A stretch of 64,000 bases of DNA, from contig OZ004613.1 of the NCBI GenBank assembly GCA_963924565.1, positions 16,306,001 to 16,370,000 on the forward strand. Direction: 5' to 3'. A program made the position numbers and the translations under genes. Positions within the stretch are counted from its first letter, which is position 1; every line of letters begins with the position of its first letter. Of the stretch, positions 58,401 through 64,000 are shown piece by piece. The stretch comes from Ascidiella aspersa. Its lineage: Eukaryota. The notes under the pieces are model-generated. The model saw nothing but the letters and a program-made list of their open reading frames with translations. It was not told the origin of the DNA and made no database searches.

Positions 58401-61381
58401 GGACACAAACCCACAGAAGAAGGTCGGCCTTTTAGTGGTGTCACACTTTGCATGGACTTTTGCGCTCATGCTCACAAGGATCAAAATAATATGGACAATG
58501 GGTCTACTATTGTAAGTGTAGTGGCAAAAGTGTACAATTTGATCGTTCTTTAGTGAATATATGATTTTTTTTTGATTAGGTCTTGACATTAACCAAACCC
58601 GAGCTTAGAGATTTGAGCACCAAGAAGCGACCAGACGAACAGTTGCACGTTCTCCCCTTATACAAGTTAGATCTTTCCAACGAAGACGGAACTTATGAAG
58701 GGGTCATCGACAAAATCAACAGCGGGGCGACCGAGGTAAACACAGACACAAAACTTCAATAGCGCGTTGGTTTACACTGAATGATTATTGGCTATACTTA
58801 TAATAGGCCTTTCCATCTTTATCAAGTAAAAAAACAAATATATTAAGGTGGTATTTAATAGTGTTTATTTTTTCTATTTTACGTTATCGCTGATAACTAC
58901 TAAAACACGGCACGTTCACTATGGCCGTCAAAATCAATAAGTCCGTCCTAATCATTGGTTTATCAGGCGCATCGAAACTTGACAATGTTACCTTGCTTAA
59001 CAGTAACGCTAAATACTCGTCGTTAGGCGTCTTTGCCCAAAACGATATTTTGAATTGTAAAACTGAGACAAAATATGCGTAGATTTTGACAAGTTTTCCC
59101 CGCCGCGTTCGACTTCGCGCCAAACCTGCAGGAACTGCAAAGCAGCGCAAAGACAAGAAACGAAAGGGAGAAATGTACATCAGTCCCGCCAAGAAAAAGA
59201 GAGGTAGAACGCCCAAAAGATCACATTCAATGGAGGACCTTACGTCGATTCCACCAACCGCTCATCAACAAACTTATCAGGAGAAACAAAATACGTAAGT
59301 GTACCTAAAAAAATCTATTGAAACTTTGCCTTCACAAGAAACCTTATTAGATGTATTTGTCTAAGCAGGTATGGCGATCGACCTCAACAAATGTTCCAAC
59401 AATACAACCCTCATACGCCCATCCATACAGCACCCCCACTTGATGTCATATGTTCTCCCCCGCCCCGGTGGCCGTATCGGCGTCACCCTTCCTCTTCACC
59501 GTCGATCGCTGACAGCAACCTTCCCTCAATCGGCAGCATCTTCAGTCCTGGAGGAAGCAATGTGTACAGTCTAAGAAGTCCTTTAACCCCATGTGGCGCC
59601 ACCCCACCTCTTACCCCAAGACCCGCCACACCTTCTTCTATGCTTCCAGCGTTCCAGTTTGGGCGGCGGTTATCAACTACCTCTTCGACTTCTGACGAGC
59701 ATGTTCGCTTGCCTACAGTGGCACAAATTGTACCCGCTCTTCCGCGACCTCACCCAAACATACCCCCTACCCACAACACGGACACACCCCTGTCTTGCCC
59801 TTCCGTTCAACAGATCAAATGGGAACCCAAAGCTGAATATCCTTTCCCGATTCCGCAACACGATCACAAGATAAATCTGAAAACTTACGCATCAAACCAA
59901 CTGCATCACAATCAGCAAACCTGTTTTAACACTGAAGCGGCTCAGAAGCCACCCGTCGAAAGTCAACCAAAGGCTCGTGAATACTACAGCTCGGATGCGA
60001 AGGAAAGCTTCGATGATTCCGAAGTTGGCGGAGTAGCAATTGCCCCTACCCATGGCTCGGTATACAACAGTTCCTTTTTGTCAACTTATTTATTTTATTT
60101 AAAAGAGTCGGCATACATTGCTATCTTGTTTATCTTCAACCAGCGATGTATTGAATCCAGCTTTTCGTACTATTATTAAGACATTTCGTAGCCGTTTAAA
60201 GTATTAACTTACCATTGAAATTTAAAAGAAAACGCTTTAAAAAACACAAGTAAAGCCAAGGATATAAATTTAGGTTTTGATTGAATGCGCCAAGAGAGAG
60301 TTGCATGCCACGACCCCGCTCCTCGCTCCCAACCGCTTTCAGCCCTCCCGTATTTCGATGGTATTTTATCAGCACAAGAACATGAACTATCGCAATCACG
60401 GAGCCTCGGAATACGAAGAAAAAGAGATCCTAAGAAACCAAAAAAAGGTAAAACGACACACTCGAGTATGTTACACACTGCTGTGCACTATCCCATCGAA
60501 ATTCATTAAATTATTTTACCACTCTAGTTAGTTCGTTGAGTGGAGTTACTTACAGTTTTACCTATTCCGCTACTAATATAGATAGTGTAGTTTTTTCACT
60601 TTGGAACATTTCATTTTATATGAGTTTATGATGTTATTCATAAATTAAAAATCCGTTAACTGCATTACAGGCGAAAGCGGCAGAGGAAAAACGTTTGGAA
60701 GAAGTTCGGCAACAGCAACAAGCACAAAACGAAAAAAAACAAGAGCAATTTCGACTGGACGCACGTCTGCCACAGCAAGCAAGTTTTGCTTTTCCGCATC
60801 AACCACATTTAGCACAAATGCAACAACAATTCACAACACCCAATCAAACCCAAAGGACGGCACCATGGAATAGGCATCATTATCCTGACCTTAGCAGCCA
60901 GCCAAACCCACCAATTCTACGAGAGGCCTACTTGAACCCGAGGCTTCCGCATACGATGTATCGTCAGCAGCAAGCGGGCAATCAAAGCGGCACTAGCGAC
61001 GGTTTTTTAATTACGCCACCAATCAGACAACCCATCACTGTGCAAGGTCCGAACCCTAATTGTCAGCCTAACAGTGACATCCTGCGACAACCACCGGAAA
61101 ATCAACGGCGTGTGACTCAATACCCGCAACAATTAATCCCCGCTTACCAACCAAGTCCAATACAGTACTCACCTTTCTACGCGCCAGGTTCGTACCCACA
61201 ACTTTCTGGGAGCATGCATTCCACATCACACCCACACGGAGTTTTGGGGAATTACCCAGTAACCCCGTACCCGCCTTTCACGGATAACACCTCCCCAGCT
61301 CAAAAAAGTGCTGCGCAATCGGGTTCGGGGCAGTCTTACCCGCAGCAGCAATGGAACAATGTTTCTTCACTATCCAGATAA
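42021..61381 (+). CDS. Tet: TET family 5-methylcytosine dioxygenase with N-terminal CXXC domain, 19 coding exons, ~2337 aa
   Basis: Exons joined in frame: 42021-42553, 43096-43202, 43417-43493, 43803-43946, 49564-49623, 53028-53096, 53167-53308, 53485-55935, 56117-56824, 57040-57161, 57258-57314, 57389-57597, 57968-58211, 58365-58511, 58580-58735, 59083-59294, 59369-60059, 60274-60447, 60671-61381 (7014 nt). TET motifs: [76 protein letters not shown] (HxD), [46 protein letters not shown]. Joining the CXXC half to the catalytic half is inferred from phase compatibility. Confidence 0.93.
43803..43946 (+). CDS. Tet: Tet exon 4: CXXC zinc finger
   Basis: [48 protein letters not shown]: 8 Cys in TET/IDAX-type spacing; AG acceptor at 43801-2, GTAAGT donor at 43947. 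Confidence 0.95.
49564..49623 (+). CDS. Tet: Tet exon 5 (60-nt exon)
   Basis: T-rich acceptor, [23 protein letters not shown]|GTAAAT donor, phase 0/0. Confidence 0.7.
51340..51812 (+). promoter_or_regulatory. CpG-dense segment in Tet intron 5, candidate internal promoter/alternative first exon
   Basis: About 35 CpG in ~430 bp by manual count, followed by a candidate donor CAG|GTTAGA at 51812/51813. Confidence 0.35.
53028..56824 (+). CDS. Tet: Tet exons 6-9 (53028-53096, 53167-53308, 53485-55935, 56117-56824): large disordered region up to the Cys-rich start
   Basis: 2451-nt open exon rich in P/S/Q/N; exon 9 ends in FPGCSCLQ, matching TET FPxCxC Zn ligands. Confidence 0.9.
56834..57010. repeat. 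Three tandem copies of a ~58-bp unit filling Tet intron 9
   Basis: aatatgaacaaactgttaatagcaaaaacttgagtaaaatataccgaatac starting at 56834, 56888 and 56946. Confidence 0.9.
57040..58735 (+). CDS. Tet: Tet exons 10-15: Cys-rich region and first half of the DSBH domain
   Basis: [60 protein letters not shown]. Confidence 0.97.
59083..61381 (+). CDS. Tet: Tet exons 16-19: low-complexity insert, second DSBH half, Q/P-rich tail
   Basis: FPRRVR, basic NLS-like tract, [11 protein letters not shown]|[15 protein letters not shown] (third Fe ligand), [10 protein letters not shown] (2OG-binding Arg/Ser), NHG; TAA at 61379-61381. Confidence 0.95.
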
Positions 61382-62789
61382 CAATCAACGACCATGTTTT
61401 TGTTTTAACAACAACTTGATATGTTACACAAAACGTAAGATCGTTTTAATAGAGCTATCTTTATGCGAGAAAACGCGGTACCTATGTTCATATCATACAC
61501 TTGGTGGGCAGCAACGATTTCTATTTAAATTGGAAAACACTTCATATATATTTTGGTCATTGCAAAAATGTCGATGCGACAATTTGCATTTTGGTTGATC
61601 GTTGCAGTGCAATACGTCAAGCACAAATGATGCTTTAAGCAAATCACGGCCGATTAAACGAGTCGAAATCATGGATGTTTTGCACATTGGTCGAATCTGT
61701 CACCAAGTGACTTCCGATGCAATTACAACTTGCTCCTCGCGTCTGCTTTCACCTCAACCGGAAATGCGTTTATCTGTGGTAAAAATGGCCTATTATTTTG
61801 CGAATTCTTATTTATTGATTTTTTTTCAACCCTGCGTACTGTCGTCTGCACAGCGACCCTTCGTTTCGTTTGAATGAATTTGCACTGCGCGCATTTACTC
61901 ATCTTCGCGCACCATTAATATGTACATGTAATTATCCGATGGTGAGTTTATTATTTTTTCGTTTCTTTCCATTTTCGTCGAATATGCGCGTTTATTTCCC
62001 AACTATTTATTTTGACCTTTTTTAGTCCGGGAGGTCTGTCGTTTCACTAATCGTAGGTGGCATCTGTTACCAAAAGCTGTCGCATTTGTTGGTTATTAAT
62101 CAATGTGACGCTACTAAAATTCGCAAAATACTTTTCCGGAAATCATTAACTTGTTGCAATAATTGTGTTTAAACAAGGATGGCGATGCGTCTTGGTACAT
62201 TTTTCTCAATGGCGTCTATTTATATTTTATAGTTTGCCAACTATCATGATTTCCTAGCGCTAAGTCTGTTCTACCAAAAATAGAATGTGTATTTTTAAAT
62301 CGACATTTAGGTATTGGCGTTAACATATTTCTTTCTACGCTTCGTTTTATATTTGTGATCATTCCCTGGATGTGTACGTGCTATATTTCGCCAGTCACCA
62401 AATGTCGAGGCACAACTTACTTTTTGTGTCAAGTGATGATTATCAAGGACATTTAAACACACGTCTATTGGTCTCTGTACTTTTAATAGGATGTAAGAGA
62501 AATCACGATTAACCGAGCAAATTTATATATCCTCCTATACCTATTTGACCGCCCATAATTTTTGATGTAACTCGGTTCTTTTTATATTTTAACGGAACAA
62601 AGTATGATTGACACATCAAACAGGTTAACGCTTTATTTATCTGTACTAGCACAATATTTTAGCTAAAGGCGGAATTATTTCTTAAATCTGAAATAGCGCA
62701 ACATCTTCATATGTGCGAAAAAGTTTTAAACCCTTCTTAAAATAATACATATTTTTTGCATTAAAAACTACGATGCAATCAAACCGAAA

Positions 62790-63040
62790 CACAGCGGAAT
62801 TCGGAATAAGGCCAAAACCATCAATCAAAACCTTAAGCCATTACAATAAGATATAGTGCCCGTAAAAATAAGACCGAATCTTGTTGAAGAAATACCAAAA
62901 CCCTTTGCAAAAAAGCCCAACGCTGTCGGAATGCGGCCAAAATGCAAAAGAATAAGACCTGAAGCCGATGGATTAAGACCGAAGCTATCGGAAGAATAAC
63001 GAAGCACTTGGGAAATTAAACTGATACCTGTCGGAATAAA
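62790..63040. repeat. Degenerate ATAAGACCGAA-motif repeat
   Basis: Recurring aataagacc/taagaccgaa/cggaat units at roughly 20-bp spacing. Confidence 0.55.
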
Positions 63041-63639
63041 TCGCAAACACGTCTGAATTTGATCTAAGTCGCCTACAAACTGTGAGAAAGGGTATGGGAC
63101 AACTGAAGGTCACCGGTCTGACGTATCGACATTTTTGCACCGGACTGTTTGCCTTAATTGGGATGTTTAGACGACTTTGGGCTTTCATCTGACGCGAGCT
63201 CTACAACAAATATTTCGGCTATGTTGAGTCAGAACGATTTCGTACGCATGTTAGATGGGCCTATCTAAATTGTGCAAAGAAGTTCGACACCAGGTCACGC
63301 CTCCTGGACAACACGCCAAGATGATAATATAACGATCAAGCAATGTGAAATGTTTTGTGTGTCAAATTGAGCATGTCGGCTAAGTTTAGCCAATTTAAAC
63401 CAAATATACCCAAACATTTTCGCACCTTGTGTCATTAAAAATATAGAATATCTTAATTATGTCTTTCTGATTTTTAATCGAAAAAAAAACGAATTCGATT
63501 AGGTATGCTACAAATTTTATAAACTATGTAGCGCAAGGCGCAATTACAAAAGGGGGAAGCGCAATAGGAAAAAATTAACAATGCTATTATGTGTAACTTA
63601 TTTCAAATTATGCCGCACAGCACCTATAATACCCGAGCC

Positions 63640-64000
63640 CAGTGATTCTCAACCGCGGCTCTCAACTGAACATTTTGCGGCTCTCTAACCGAGTGAAAAA
63701 TTAGTTAGAAGTAACAGAATTGCAACAAAGTAAGTAAGAGAAATCAAGAATTAATGAGTTGTATCAGTAAGGATCCCGAGTACGAAGTACTAATGTTACC
63801 GGGTACTTCCATCCGGCTCTTTAAAATAATTTTGTGGTTTGTTACGTCACAAAATATTTAGTCCTGATCAACAAGCTATGGCAAACACTGTTTATTAGTT
63901 CGCCTAGGCTAGCGTAATGTATGTTTGTTGTTTTCTTGTTGCTTTCTTAATATTTTTTAATTATATGCCTACTGTTGTTTTTTATGCGGCTCCTTGCAAA
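63640..64000. mobile_element. Left part of a hAT-like MITE running out of the window
   Basis: Begins CAGTGATTCTCAAC with recurring gcggctc subterminal motifs. Confidence 0.5.

Noticed and set aside
59194-59220. AT-hook in the TET insert (KKRGRTPKR)
   Set aside because: The core is RGRT, not the required RGRP; better read as an NLS with CDK sites.

Overview
AT-rich, intron-containing eukaryotic DNA from an invertebrate animal. The compact introns, mosaic CpG depletion and single Tolloid and Tet genes suggest a tunicate/ascidian, but that is inference. Two complete multi-exon genes lie head-to-tail on the + strand. (1) A BMP1/Tolloid astacin metalloprotease (22 coding exons, 9537-29061, about 1160 aa): signal peptide, unusually long polybasic prodomain, astacin, CUB1-CUB2-EGF1-CUB3-EGF2-CUB4-CUB5. 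(2) A TET methylcytosine dioxygenase (19 coding exons, 42021-61381, about 2337 aa): N-terminal CXXC finger, long disordered region, intact Cys-rich plus DSBH catalytic core. All exon phases were checked by hand and join in frame. Intergenic DNA and introns hold many non-autonomous elements: hAT MITEs with 8-bp TSDs (one nested pair that appears to have captured nearby DNA), a tRNA-derived SINE with a 13-bp TSD, fold-back elements and a near-perfect 120-bp palindrome. Most interesting points: the Tet CXXC has KQ where TET/IDAX-type fingers have HQ; the locus may also make a CXXC-only IDAX-like product and a CXXC-less TET; the Tolloid prodomain is hyper-basic; and Tolloid-Tet adjacency mirrors vertebrate paralogon linkage.
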